From: Myxococcota bacterium
GTDB lineage: Bacteria; Myxococcota_A; Polyangia; Nannocystales; Nannocystaceae
Direction of reading: 5' to 3'
NCBI GenBank assembly: GCA_039028615.1
Contig: JBCCHT010000027.1
Coordinates: 128,001-192,000 of the forward strand
DNA: 64,000 nt
Shown here piece after piece: positions 33,583 through 43,505 of the stretch (its first letter is position 1; every line of letters begins with the position of its first letter). The position numbers and the translations under genes are program-made. Below the pieces are notes generated by a model. The model was not told where the DNA came from. It ran no database searches and worked only from the letters and a program-made list of their open reading frames with translations.

Positions 33583-34545
33583 ATGCACTCGAGACCGAGA
33601 TTGTGCTCCCTCTTCGCGTCGTTTCTGGTGATGGCGACGGCGTGCGGCGAGTTCGGATCGATCGACAACCCCGACATGGACGAACTCGACGCGACCGCAC
33701 TCGCCCAGGTCCGGCTCGGGCACGCGCTATTCTTCGACCCCGGACTCTCTGGGACGGGGGACGTGTCGTGTGCGTCATGCCATGACCCGGCCGCCTTCGG
33801 TGTGGATGGGCTCGCGCGATCCGAGGGAACCGGAGGCGCGACCGTGAGCCGCAACGCACCGTCGACGTTCAACGCGGCGCTCAAGGACCTCCAGTTCTGG
33901 GACGGCCGCGCACAGAGCCTGGAAGAGCAAGTCGTGGGGCCCCTGTTCGCTCCGAACGAAATGGGCCAAACCGAGGAAGGACTGCTCGAGCACGTGCGTG
34001 AAACCTGGGCGGACGCGTTCGCGGCGGCGTTTCCCGCCGAAGATGGGCCCACGCTCGAGCAGGTCACCCGCGCCATCGCGGCCTACGAGCGGATGCTCCC
34101 GCGTCGGTCTGCGTTCGACCGCTTCGTCGACGGCGAGCGCGAGGCCCTGTCGGCGCAGGCGCGTCGCGGCTACAGAATCTTCCGCCGTAACTGCTCCAAC
34201 TGCCACGATGGCCCTGCGCTCGGACACGGACTGCAGAAGCTCGGGGACAAAGTACCCTGGCCCGACGACCGACGGACGGACCTCGGGAGGCTCGAGGTCA
34301 CGGGGAACCCCGACGACGCAATGGTGTTCGCCGTCCCCTCGCTCCGCAACGTGGCCGAGACCGGTCCGTGGTTTCACGATGGCAGCGTCGAGACGCTCGA
34401 AGAAGCGGTCCGGCTGATGGCGCGCCACCAGGTGGACCGACGCTTCACGGAGGCGCAGGAGGGCGCGGTCGTGGCCTTCCTTCGCTCGCTGACCGCCGAG
34501 GACGTGCAGCCCTGGGCGTTCGAGGACTGGGAGGGCGGACTATAG
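33583..34545 (+). CDS. Di-heme cytochrome c peroxidase (CCP/MauG family)
   Basis: CASCH and CSNCH; RNAPST, QFWDGRA, PSLRNVAETGPWFHDG. Confidence 0.92.
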   Translation: MHSRPRLCSLFASFLVMATACGEFGSIDNPDMDELDATALAQVRLGHALFFDPGLSGTGDVSCASCHDPAAFGVDGLARSEGTGGATVSRNAPSTFNAALKDLQFWDGRAQSLEEQVVGPLFAPNEMGQTEEGLLEHVRETWADAFAAAFPAEDGPTLEQVTRAIAAYERMLPRRSAFDRFVDGEREALSAQARRGYRIFRRNCSNCHDGPALGHGLQKLGDKVPWPDDRRTDLGRLEVTGNPDDAMVFAVPSLRNVAETGPWFHDGSVETLEEAVRLMARHQVDRRFTEAQEGAVVAFLRSLTAEDVQPWAFEDWEGGL

Positions 34546-35568
34546 GTCTCGACGAAACACGGCGGGCGTGGTGCCGAACCAGCGTCGAAACGCCCGATGA
34601 AACGAGGCCTGGTCCCGATAGCCGAGCAAGAACGCGACCTCCGCCTGCGACACCTTCGGATCGGAAAGCAGCGTGCGGGCGCGTTCCTGCCGGACCGCGG
34701 AGAGGAGCCCGCCGAACGTCTCACTCTCTTCTTTGAGGCGCCGGGCCAGCGACCGTGACCCGAGCCCGAGGTCGCGGGCGATTGCATCGGCGGTCGGCGT
34801 TCCATCCGACAGCCGCCGCTCGATCATCGCGCGGACCTTGTCCACCCAGCCGAGTTCGCTGACGTCCGGGGCAGCCTGCTCGAGGATGCCGCGAAAGTAG
34901 GCGGACAGCTCCAGGTCGTGGGAAGGCAGGGGCCGCACAGCGAGTGCGGCCGGAATGACGAGCGCCGCCTTGGCATGCCCCGCTTCGATGGGGGCCCCGG
35001 CGAACGCTTCCCACGAGCGTCGCTGTGCCTCTGGGATCTCCGCCCGGCGCGAGCGCAGCCGTTGAACCGGGACGTCCGGGCCGACCAGCGTCCGAATTAG
35101 CTGAACGGCAACGAGGAGCGTGTAGTCGGACAACAGCTGCGAGCCGGGCGTAGCCGGACCGAAACGCGTCTCCTCGATGAAGACGGCCTCGCCCTCGAGC
35201 CGAGCGTCGTATCGCGCGGTCCGATTGGTGAGTTCCTGGTAGCGACCATGCCGGGCCATCGCTTCGCCCAAGAACGCGGACGTTTTACACGCCAGCCCTA
35301 CGACGCCCAGGCTCGTGGCGGTGTGTCGCTGCACGGCATCGAGCACGAACTCCGGGAAGCCTGGCCGTGTGGCCATCCACGTCATGTGCTCATACGTCGA
35401 CGCGCCCGAGACCGTGGCGCCATCCCGCGCGATGAGTTCCGCCGTCCAACCGAGCCGGGCTTCGAGCTCCGACTCGGTTACCCCGGCCTCGAGCGACGCC
35501 TCGAAGGCGGGGCGCACGTTGCAGACGTCGATGTCCAGCTCGGCCAACGGGTGGTCAGAGTCGGGCAT
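34540..35568 (-). CDS. AraC family transcriptional regulator
   Basis: C-terminal RSLARRL...VAFLLGY..ASFHRAFRRWFG.TP. Confidence 0.9.
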   Translation of the reverse strand: MPDSDHPLAELDIDVCNVRPAFEASLEAGVTESELEARLGWTAELIARDGATVSGASTYEHMTWMATRPGFPEFVLDAVQRHTATSLGVVGLACKTSAFLGEAMARHGRYQELTNRTARYDARLEGEAVFIEETRFGPATPGSQLLSDYTLLVAVQLIRTLVGPDVPVQRLRSRRAEIPEAQRRSWEAFAGAPIEAGHAKAALVIPAALAVRPLPSHDLELSAYFRGILEQAAPDVSELGWVDKVRAMIERRLSDGTPTADAIARDLGLGSRSLARRLKEESETFGGLLSAVRQERARTLLSDPKVSQAEVAFLLGYRDQASFHRAFRRWFGTTPAVFRRDL

Positions 35569-35752
35569 GCGCGCGCCCGAGGTCAAGCCGCTGCGTCTGC
35601 GACGGCGGTTCCAGCACTGCGTGCGGCTCTCCTCGTTCCGAGCCCAGACGAGCTCGACCGATCGCACCGAGCGCCAAGGCTCGATCCTGCACACTGCCGA
35701 AGCATTGTCGCCGTGTGTCGGAAATTTGAGGGTGTTACGGTCGAACCTGCTC

Positions 35753-36577
35753 ATGAAGGCTTCGACCACCCGCCCATGTGTTCTCGTTTGGATGCTCTCG
35801 ATGGGCCTCGCGGGATGCGACGCGCCCCCCGAGCCCGACCACCAGCAGTTTCGAGTGGGGGAAGAGACGAACGAGGATGATGGAGGGGAAGACGGAGGCA
35901 ACGAAGGAGCCGTGAACAACGCTCCTCCATCGGGCTGGGGCACGTACGTCCCCTGTCCGAGCGGAGACCCACTCGCGACACCGATGTTCATCCCGATGAC
36001 GCCGATGCCTTCATTGAGCGGCAGCGTCCTGGACAGCGAAGGGGCACCAGACGCCTTCATTGCGGGCTGCATCCAGGAGTTCAATGGCGGCGCGTGCGGA
36101 GACTTCCGAAAGTCCACGCCCGACGAATGTATCGACGACACGATGCTGCGGGAGTTCGATGGCGGCAACGGAGCGTGCTCGCTGAACCTGTACGCCAAGT
36201 CGTACGACTGCGATGCGTTGTGCAAGGCCCTGGGTGCGCTCGGTGGTGAGTGCCGACAAGACCAGCCGGTCGTGTGCAAACCGGACGGGACAACCGTCGA
36301 CTCGGCCTATTGCGCTTGCAACGGTCTCATTGCCGGCAGCGGCACGGACGACGGCGGTACCGGGGGCGACGATGCTACGACCGGCATGGCGACCATGGGC
36401 GGCACGGGAACGGGCTCCATCGAGTGCGACTACGAGCCCGAAACGGGCACTTGGGGCGGCTTCACGTCCTCGGGCACCACGGGCGGCACCACGTCGACAG
36501 GCACGACAGGCGGCACTACGTCATCGGGCACCAGTTCATCGGGCACCACAGGCGGCACTTCTTCATCGGGTTCCTGA
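35753..36577 (+). CDS. Cys-rich lipoprotein with Gly/Thr/Ser tail
   Basis: LAGC lipobox; divergent from the AraC gene. Confidence 0.6.
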   Translation: MKASTTRPCVLVWMLSMGLAGCDAPPEPDHQQFRVGEETNEDDGGEDGGNEGAVNNAPPSGWGTYVPCPSGDPLATPMFIPMTPMPSLSGSVLDSEGAPDAFIAGCIQEFNGGACGDFRKSTPDECIDDTMLREFDGGNGACSLNLYAKSYDCDALCKALGALGGECRQDQPVVCKPDGTTVDSAYCACNGLIAGSGTDDGGTGGDDATTGMATMGGTGTGSIECDYEPETGTWGGFTSSGTTGGTTSTGTTGGTTSSGTSSSGTTGGTSSSGS

Positions 36578-36583
36578 GCCCCG

Positions 36584-37201
36584 CTACGTTTTCCTCGAAG
36601 CTCTACGATCGCCCACGAGTGGTGAGGACCGGTCGATTTTCACCACCCTCGATGCTCGGGTGCCGATCCGGATCTTCACTGCGTCGACCTGGGACCGGTC
36701 CGCGACGAGCCCGAGACTATGGAAGCCAATCGCCGTGAGCCCAATGCCGGCGACCTTGATTTGGACGCGCACCTGCACTGTCCGCCCTGTGAGCGTCGGT
36801 GGCTTGCGGCGCACCCGATCGGAGATTGAAGCGGTGGTCCACAAGACGACGACCAGTGACTCTCGGCGGAAATCGACCCCGACGCTCTCGAACCAGGACT
36901 GCCACGCGTCCTGGTCATTCACTTTGTACCGCTCGCTGATTTCGCCGATGCGCTCGTGAAATCGCTTCCAGCTGCGGGGGGTGGTGAACACCGCGGGGGA
37001 GATGAGCACGTCCGACGTCAGGCCCGACTCCGGGGGCTGCGGCGTCGATCGGAAGGCAGGGCCTCCGGGGGCGGTCGGGCCTTCACCGACTCGGCACGCG
37101 GACACGACGGCCGTGCTCGCGATCCCCAGCGCGAAATGTCGCCGGGGTAGAGCCTCACGAGGTTTGTTGGAGAACAGGCTCATGTCGGTATGCCAAGCCA
37201 T
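36584..37201 (-). CDS. Hypothetical Tat-type lipoprotein
   Basis: PRRHFALG...VSAC twin-arginine signal plus lipobox. Confidence 0.5.
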   Translation of the reverse strand: MAWHTDMSLFSNKPREALPRRHFALGIASTAVVSACRVGEGPTAPGGPAFRSTPQPPESGLTSDVLISPAVFTTPRSWKRFHERIGEISERYKVNDQDAWQSWFESVGVDFRRESLVVVLWTTASISDRVRRKPPTLTGRTVQVRVQIKVAGIGLTAIGFHSLGLVADRSQVDAVKIRIGTRASRVVKIDRSSPLVGDRRASRKT

Positions 37202-37253
37202 GCTGCAGAAGCGACGCTGTCTGGGGACGATGGGCGCGCGGCGTGACTGCGCT

Positions 37254-37556
37254 TCAGCTCAGGTGCCCCTCGATGGAGGCGAGCACCTGCTGTCGTTCAC
37301 TCTCGGAAAGCCGCTCGTTCCACCACTCCGCGAACGCCTTGGGCACCCCCTCGGGTAATCCCTCGTCGAGTAGCGTACGCGCGGGGACCTCGTAGCTCGC
37401 TCCGAAGTTTCCGAAGCTCGAGCGTGCGTTGAGCTGGATGACACCGACGCCGAACGACACCGTCCCGTCTGGCCGAATCCAGACCGTGAGATCTTCGAGG
37501 ACCTGTTCCGAGACCTGCACCTTCTTTTCGAACAGCCGGATCTGATCGGGGGGCAC
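37254..37556 (-). CDS. Hypothetical protein (100 aa)
   Basis: Globular-looking composition. Confidence 0.45.
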   Translation of the reverse strand: MPPDQIRLFEKKVQVSEQVLEDLTVWIRPDGTVSFGVGVIQLNARSSFGNFGASYEVPARTLLDEGLPEGVPKAFAEWWNERLSESERQQVLASIEGHLS

Positions 37557-37660
37557 ACCTTCAACCTAGCACGCCCGAAGACGCGGACCCTTGGAAACGA
37601 TGAACACAAAGAGCGTAGTATCCCGGCTCCGCCCCGCTCACCATTTCTCTAGGACAACAC

Positions 37661-38482
37661 GTGCGCCCACTCGAAGAACTGCCTCATCGCTTCTGGCCCA
37701 AAGACCGACTCCCCGAGGGCGTCAAACCGCGGAGCAAGTTCAGCAACCAGAAGATCGCCAAGCTCAAGAGCGCGTACGGTAAAGCGGTGAGCCCGGTGCT
37801 GCGGGCCGAGGGTTTTCGCTGTGTGGGCACCAAAGGCAGCCGCCAGCAGGACTGGCTATGGCAAGGCACTTGGCTGCTCGGTGGCAAGTACGGAGGCAAG
37901 GCGTGGATCTTGATGTGTGCGCATCCCCCGGGCTTCCCCGCGCGCAACGAGTACGAGGTGCGCGCGCCTTTCGAGGTGCCCCAGTGCCTGTTCAAGCGCA
38001 CCGTTCGCTTCTTCGACGGCCCGTCGGGCGACGAGTTCGATCTGGGCACTGCCGCGGAGACACCGGAGACGGTGGCGATCATGGCCGAGGCGGTTGCCGC
38101 CGATGGGTTGGCGTACCTGAGTCGCCTGGAGAATGCCCGGGAGCGCTTGCTGTCGGTCACGGCGGAGACCTACGACACCCTGATGCCCGAGACCCACACC
38201 GAGCTCGGCCTTTCGGTCACCGACAGCGCCTTCGAGGATTCCGAACGCGCGCGGCTCGAGCTTTGCCTGTTCCTGCTGAGGATCCATCGAGAGGCGGGCA
38301 CCGACGCCGTACGAGGGCTAGCCGACGCCGGACTGGCCGCGTTCGACCAACAACCCGAGCTGCGAGGCACCAAGCACTACCTCACGCGGATCCTGCTGGA
38401 GCGACTTCCCAGCGGCGGCCCGCTGCATGCCACCGACGAAGAAAAGCAAGCGGCCGAGGCAGCGTGGAGGGCCGACCAATAG
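37661..38482 (+). CDS. Hypothetical protein
   Basis: 273 aa ORF, AGGA upstream, typical codon usage. Confidence 0.6.
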   Translation: MRPLEELPHRFWPKDRLPEGVKPRSKFSNQKIAKLKSAYGKAVSPVLRAEGFRCVGTKGSRQQDWLWQGTWLLGGKYGGKAWILMCAHPPGFPARNEYEVRAPFEVPQCLFKRTVRFFDGPSGDEFDLGTAAETPETVAIMAEAVAADGLAYLSRLENARERLLSVTAETYDTLMPETHTELGLSVTDSAFEDSERARLELCLFLLRIHREAGTDAVRGLADAGLAAFDQQPELRGTKHYLTRILLERLPSGGPLHATDEEKQAAEAAWRADQ

Positions 38483-38713
38483 CCGAGAAAGGCCGGCCGC
38501 GGCCGCTCGCTCAGGCGCACCGTCACCCAACCGGCCTCGTCGGCATAGACGGCCCCAGCCAAGACCGCTCCGAGTCCGCCGCCGAGTTGCCCCACCGAGA
38601 GAGGTGCCTGCACACGACACGATGATCAGTGGTTTGCGGCCGAGACGTTCGCTGAGCCGACCCGCTCGAGGACCGAAGGACACGCTCGCGATCCCACCGA
38701 TCACGAACACCAT
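38483..38713 (-). pseudogene. MFS transporter relic
   Basis: FVIGGIASVSFGPRAGRLSERLGRKPLII (MFS motif A) followed, in another frame, by GQLGGGLGAVLAGAVY. Confidence 0.55.
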
Positions 38714-38735
38714 CGCTCGATTCCGGTTCAGGCCC

Positions 38736-39611
38736 TCACCGAAGTGACACGCCCAACGACACCGCGACGAAGTGCAGCCAGTTTCGGTTGAAGCCGTCGG
38801 AGAGCGGGTCGGGATCACTCGAGGTTCCGCGAGCTCCACCCGCGAGGTAGCGAACGTTGAGGAACGTATCGACGCCGCGCTTCCAGGCCAACCCAGCCCG
38901 AAGCGAAGTGTCGAGGATTGCTCCCTCGACGTCGGAGCGACCGCCATTCAGGTACCGAATCGGAGCGTAGAAGCCGGTCGCTTCGGCGCCCATCCAGAAG
39001 TTGCGATGGACGAACCCACGGCCACGAAAGGCCAGCAGGGGCACGGGCCCGACATCTCGGACGCTGCGAAACGCACTGCCGTCTTGCGCTGCGTACTCGA
39101 GGTTGGCGTTGCGGATCTGAAGCGCGACTCCAACCGCGACCTCCCGGTCATCCTCGAGAAAGTCGTACAGATAGGTCCCGCGCCAAAACGGAAAACCGTA
39201 GCGAAAGTCGAGCGCGGTACCGGCGGGGAACACCACGTCCTCGACCCGCAGGTCGCGGTCCGTCACCGCTCGGGTCTGGAGGTCGAGCGGCTGATAGAGC
39301 AGCGCAATCGTGTGTCGACGTTTGCGTCCGATGTCGAGATCCGCGGAGAAACGCGCGAAGGGGAACAGAGTGTCTTGCCCCAGATCGCGCCGGAGGTCGA
39401 CATAGGTGCCTTCGCGTCCCAGCTGTAGGCGATGAGACGCGACGGCCAAGAACCCGAGCTCTGCCTGCAGACGGACGGCGACGGGCCGTTCCGGATCGTT
39501 GATGACCGAGTCCTTCGCCTCAGGGCTACCTGCGTGGGCGTAGGTGGGACACAGCAGGGACCACGAGGTCACCGCGAGCAGGAGGACGAGGAATCGAATC
39601 GAGGAAGACAT
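38736..39611 (-). CDS. Putative outer-membrane beta-barrel protein
   Basis: Signal peptide AHA; amphipathic strands; C-terminal VSLGVSLR. Confidence 0.65.
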   Translation of the reverse strand: MSSSIRFLVLLLAVTSWSLLCPTYAHAGSPEAKDSVINDPERPVAVRLQAELGFLAVASHRLQLGREGTYVDLRRDLGQDTLFPFARFSADLDIGRKRRHTIALLYQPLDLQTRAVTDRDLRVEDVVFPAGTALDFRYGFPFWRGTYLYDFLEDDREVAVGVALQIRNANLEYAAQDGSAFRSVRDVGPVPLLAFRGRGFVHRNFWMGAEATGFYAPIRYLNGGRSDVEGAILDTSLRAGLAWKRGVDTFLNVRYLAGGARGTSSDPDPLSDGFNRNWLHFVAVSLGVSLR

Positions 39612-40137
39612 GATGGTGGGTCGACTGTGTGGGGGTCGATCACAACGTTGACCAAAACCCCCGAGGTGCAACGACCTGGCCTTCCATGCTCCTCGTACGC
39701 GACGCTACGGTCATTGCGCGCCCCCGACTTCGCGCAGGCAAGCCCAACACCGCGCCGTCTCGGCCCTGCGTGGAAACAGCGAGTCGGTGGTTGCCAGCGA
39801 ACGCGAAGCACCAGCCGTGTCGTCGTTCCCTTTATTGGGAAGTGACCCATCGCTCTCGCTCCGAATGACTGCGTCTCCGTGAAGCGAACGGAGCGCGAAT
39901 TGGACACCATACGCCGCTCAGCGGCCCGTAGCGGCCAGTTGTTTGACAGCGGAGAACCCTCCGTCAAACCAAGGGAGGACTCGAGATCCTCGGGTTCGTC
40001 CGGGACGCGGCTCGCACGGCGATGGGTTGCTGCGACGCCGAGTGGACTGGCGATCGCGGGACCTTCGACCCGTTTCGTGCGTGCGTCTCGTCGTCTGCCC
40101 AGGCATCGAGGCCCCAGGTCTCGAGAAGGATGCGTTC

Positions 40138-40314
40138 ATGCAAAAGGTAAAGTTCTACACGGGCCTTTCGGCCTTCGTCTCTCTCGTTTTCTCCGTGACG
40201 TTGTGGTTCTCGGGGCACAAGGACCAGGGGGTCTTCGTGGGCTTGTGGGTGCCCTCCATTCTCTCCCTGGGTGCCTTCATTCTCTCTGGATGGAATCACT
40301 ACGATGGAAAGTGA
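40138..40314 (+). CDS. Small two-TM membrane protein (58 aa)
   Basis: SD-like GAAGGA; GVFVGLWVPSIL. Confidence 0.65.
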   Translation: MQKVKFYTGLSAFVSLVFSVTLWFSGHKDQGVFVGLWVPSILSLGAFILSGWNHYDGK

Positions 40315-40414
40315 TCTCTTCATCTTTGGCGTGGGAGTCTCCGTACTCTCCCCCGTGCTCTTGTCCGTGGGCATGCTGTTGTGGGTCGGAGGGCGCCCCA
40401 CGAGACGCCGTTGA
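40304..40414 (+). CDS. Small single-TM protein (36 aa)
   Basis: Manual translation MESDLFIFGVGVSVLSPVLLSVGMLLWVGGRPTRRR; overlaps the upstream stop. Confidence 0.45.
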   Translation: MESDLFIFGVGVSVLSPVLLSVGMLLWVGGRPTRRR

Positions 40415-40535
40415 CCTTCGCGGCCGACGAGCAACGGGTGGGGCGTGGGCTCCGGTATGCCCGGCCCCATTCGGCCGTTCACGTCCAGAGAGTCGAAAAC
40501 CCCGCCCTCACCCGCTGCATCCCCTCCGCTTCGCC

Positions 40536-41510
40536 TCACGCCCCCGCTGCACACAGCGACGCGTAGCGCACCTCGTCGCCGCGCCGGGCGACCTGACCGG
40601 CCAGCTCGGGACTGGCGACCGTGGTCAGGACGATGCGAGCACGCCAACGACCGAGCTGGTCGTCGACCGCCCCCTGGCTGAGGACCAGTCCGGCGAGACG
40701 CCGCACGACCGCCTCCACGTCGGCGCGCTCGCGCGACGTCGCTTCGGCGAGCGCTGCCTCTAGGCCCTCGAGGCGGTCGTCGATCACCCGTAGCGGCCGA
40801 GCGACGGACGCACGCTCACCGAGCGCCCGTGCGACCTCGATCGCGAGCGAGCCGTAGCAGACCCGCACCAGGGGCTCCCACACGTGACGCCAGAAGGCCT
40901 GGTTGGGCGCCAGCTCGACCCCCACCACCCGACCACCGATGAGGATGATCGCGCCACGCTGATCGGGGACCAACTCGAACTCGGCGACGAACTCGTCGAG
41001 TTGCTTGGCGAAGTGACGGAGGAAGTACTCGAGGTGTCCACCGCCGCCCCCCGTGGACGCGCCCAGCCGGGTGTTGAAGCGCGTGATGTCGGGCCACAGC
41101 TTGTCGTAGCCCGTCTCGTTGCGCATCGCGAGCGCACGGCCACGCAGGGCAGCGGGGAGCACCACCATCGGATGCTTGTCTCGCCCGATGTAGCCCCCCT
41201 GCGACTGCTGAATGCAACGCGCAGTGTCGATCTTGACCGACTGCCCCGCCCGCATCAGCTTGCCGCTGCCGATCGCGTGATCCTGCGCCGCTTGCCGGAC
41301 CACCCACCCCGCGCCCGGAGGCACGATGGTGGGACGGTCGTCGTCGTTGCGCAGATCGACGGTACCGTAGTGACTCGTGCCGACCTCGACGTGGGGCGGG
41401 GCGAACGTCTCGTCGTCCTCGCCGAGCAGAGGGATCACCTCCATCACGCCGACGCTCTGACGTCGACCCGTTCGGGTTCCACGCAGGATGTCTTCAACGG
41501 TGAGTCTCAT
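40536..41510 (-). CDS. ARPP/DUF6569-like domain protein (324 aa)
   Basis: Starts MRLTVEDIL with an ATGA overlap to the upstream gene; QDHA, CIQQSQGG, FELVPDQRGAIILIGG; family recalled from memory. Confidence 0.55.
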   Translation of the reverse strand: MRLTVEDILRGTRTGRRQSVGVMEVIPLLGEDDETFAPPHVEVGTSHYGTVDLRNDDDRPTIVPPGAGWVVRQAAQDHAIGSGKLMRAGQSVKIDTARCIQQSQGGYIGRDKHPMVVLPAALRGRALAMRNETGYDKLWPDITRFNTRLGASTGGGGGHLEYFLRHFAKQLDEFVAEFELVPDQRGAIILIGGRVVGVELAPNQAFWRHVWEPLVRVCYGSLAIEVARALGERASVARPLRVIDDRLEGLEAALAEATSRERADVEAVVRRLAGLVLSQGAVDDQLGRWRARIVLTTVASPELAGQVARRGDEVRYASLCAAGA

Positions 41511-43123
41511 CTCAGCACCTCTCGATCTGCCCTCGGGGGCAGCGACGTCATGCGCAGTAGCGCATCGATCACACGCTTCGGCTCGTGGTCGAGCATGGCT
41601 CGCAGCAGCGAGATTCCGGACGCGTCCGGCTTGGTCATGGGTAGGGTGGGCACCAGTCCCGGCGCCAGCTCTCGCACCCCCGAGGTCTCTGCCGCGACCA
41701 CGGGATTGATATGGACGATCGGAGCCCGAATGCCGATCCGCTTCAGGTGCGCGCACACGTCCGCGAACCTCCCGGCGGGAGCGTTCTCGTAGCCGTCGGA
41801 GATCACGTAGATCACGTCGGGCCGCAGTCGGAGCATCTGCAGCAAAGCGCTGGCGAGGTTGGTCTCGCCCTGCGGACGAACGAGCCGGCCGAGGTCGGGA
41901 TTCGCCACACCGCCCACGTAGCGCACATGCCCGTGACCGGCCGTGTGCAGCAGCATGTCTCGAGTCGCCAGGGCGGTGGCCATGGGCCGCAGCTTCTGAG
42001 TCGTCGAGCCGAACATGGACGCCGAGCCGTCGACGATGACCCCCACCGACTCGTAGTGGAACGGGAACTGAAGCGCGGCCTTGCGAGCCTTGTCGTCCAG
42101 CGCTCGCTCGATCGGCGAGGTCATGCCCATTTCGAATGCGTAGATGTAGAGCTTCACTGCCTCCAGTCGTGTCGGGTCCATCTCGACGTCGACACCAGCG
42201 TCCTTGGCCTGACGCTGCACGGCCATGCGTTGGCCGGCCGACATGCTTCCCTTGCTCAGCTCGAGGAGCTGAGCCTTGCCCACCTTCGAGTGGTAGGTCG
42301 CGGCGATGCCTTGTAGCACCTCGAGCGGCAGCCCCTGGCCCGCGGCCAGGTCGGTCTTTGCGGCTTGCGCCTTGTAGAAGACCGGGATGGACCATGCCGT
42401 ACGCTCCGCGCCCAGGATGTAGGCCACGCACTCGCGCAGCCACGCGACGGGAGCCCTGGGCGCCCATCGGTCGACCTCCTCACGCAGGATCTTGTGTTCC
42501 TTGTCGCCGATGCGCGCCGGCTCCTTGCCGAGGATCGAGCGCAGGATGCCCGTCTTCCGCACGCCCCACGCGTGGGTCAGCGCCGTGCTGAGCTTGTCGC
42601 GGTACTTGACCGCCCACCAGTCCAGCGAGCGTGCCCGCAGGAGCGTCCGTAGTACGAGCTTCCGTGCCCGGTTGGTGTTGACCCGACCGGAGCCCAGCGA
42701 CTCGTCCTTACCGCGCAGCGAGACCAGCAGCCGCAGCATTCGCGTGGCCGGTAGCTCGTGCAGCAGGTCGTCGACCAGAGCGAGTTCCTGCCCGGCGCTC
42801 ACGATGGAGCCCGTGCCCATGCGCGGTCGCATGAGCAGGCTACGTACGCCGAGCTGACGCGTCCGGTCCGTCACTCCGGGCAGAGTGAGGAACGCGGCGT
42901 ACAGGCCACGATCCAGCGCGAGCATGTCCCCGTGGGACCTCTGCTCCGCCGCCCGGACCTCGCCCTCGTCGTTGTAGTGCGTCGCCCGGCCCAGCCCGGT
43001 TGCCGCGTGGTCGAGGAACGAGCGTACGACGTCGCGCACTCGCTCATCGGCCACCCCAACGGGCGTCGCCCACGTGGGCGTCACGGCCTTGCGACTCAGC
43101 TCCGTGGTCTGCATCGTATCCAT
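41507..43123 (-). CDS. Ro60/TROVE-like helical protein with C-terminal vWA domain (538 aa)
   Basis: Basic helical N-terminal region; MIDAS DGSAS...T...ISDGYEN; GGAG SD; Ro60-like size and architecture. The vWA is solid; TROVE is inferred. Confidence 0.6.
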   Translation of the reverse strand: MDTMQTTELSRKAVTPTWATPVGVADERVRDVVRSFLDHAATGLGRATHYNDEGEVRAAEQRSHGDMLALDRGLYAAFLTLPGVTDRTRQLGVRSLLMRPRMGTGSIVSAGQELALVDDLLHELPATRMLRLLVSLRGKDESLGSGRVNTNRARKLVLRTLLRARSLDWWAVKYRDKLSTALTHAWGVRKTGILRSILGKEPARIGDKEHKILREEVDRWAPRAPVAWLRECVAYILGAERTAWSIPVFYKAQAAKTDLAAGQGLPLEVLQGIAATYHSKVGKAQLLELSKGSMSAGQRMAVQRQAKDAGVDVEMDPTRLEAVKLYIYAFEMGMTSPIERALDDKARKAALQFPFHYESVGVIVDGSASMFGSTTQKLRPMATALATRDMLLHTAGHGHVRYVGGVANPDLGRLVRPQGETNLASALLQMLRLRPDVIYVISDGYENAPAGRFADVCAHLKRIGIRAPIVHINPVVAAETSGVRELAPGLVPTLPMTKPDASGISLLRAMLDHEPKRVIDALLRMTSLPPRADREVLR

Positions 43124-43146
43124 CGTCTCGGTCTCCGTCGTCAGGG

Positions 43147-43301
43147 GATCGTTCGCAAAAAGCAGCCCGGGCCAAGGTCGGGGCCAACTATGGGTTCCAG
43201 AACAGGAATCGAACCTGCCCTCTTCGTTTCCAACGAAGTGCGCTCCAAATGCGCCATCTGTAATGGCTCCAGAGTCCCCGAGCTACTCTTTGCGATCGAT
43301 C
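43147..43301 (-). ncRNA. tRNA-like cloverleaf (anticodon GGA, 43191-43263) enclosed in a 25-bp helix; candidate Y-RNA-like RNA
   Basis: Arms 43277-43301 and 43147-43171 pair with 3 G-U and 1 mismatch, and the G-U pairs work only on the minus strand. Inner D, anticodon and T arms plus CCA. Confidence 0.7.
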
Positions 43302-43311
43302 GTAGTTGTCG

Positions 43312-43341
43312 TGGAGACCCGAATTCAGCCTCGGGTCTCCA
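43312..43341. other. Perfect 11-bp spacer hairpin
   Basis: TGGAGACCCGA-N8-TCGGGTCTCCA. Confidence 0.7.
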
Positions 43342-43359
43342 GCAATTTTCATCGTTCTA

Positions 43360-43436
43360 TGGTGGGCGCGGCAGGATTTGCACCTGCGACCTCTCGGTTA
43401 TCAGCCGAGTGCTCCAACTCCCTGAGCTACGCGCCC
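43360..43436 (-). tRNA. tRNA-Ile(GAU), atypical T loop
   Basis: GGGCGCG/CGCGCCC, loop CT-GAT-AA, T loop TGCAAAT, A73, CCA. Confidence 0.88.
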
Positions 43437-43486
43437 AGGGTAATCATCGCGGGCTCGTCGAGCGAGCCCATACCGTACATGTCCAT
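43427..43486 (-). other. Spacer mini-ORF MDMYGMGSLDEPAMITLGA ending inside tRNA-Ile
   Basis: GAGG SD plus ACATCATGGACA start motif. Confidence 0.35.
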
Positions 43487-43505
43487 GATGTCCTCAATCT
43501 GTCTT

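Noticed and set aside
36470..36570. Imperfect ~27-nt tandem repeats (also Ser runs at 5400-5480)
   Set aside because: They encode ordinary Gly/Thr/Ser linkers of lipoproteins.
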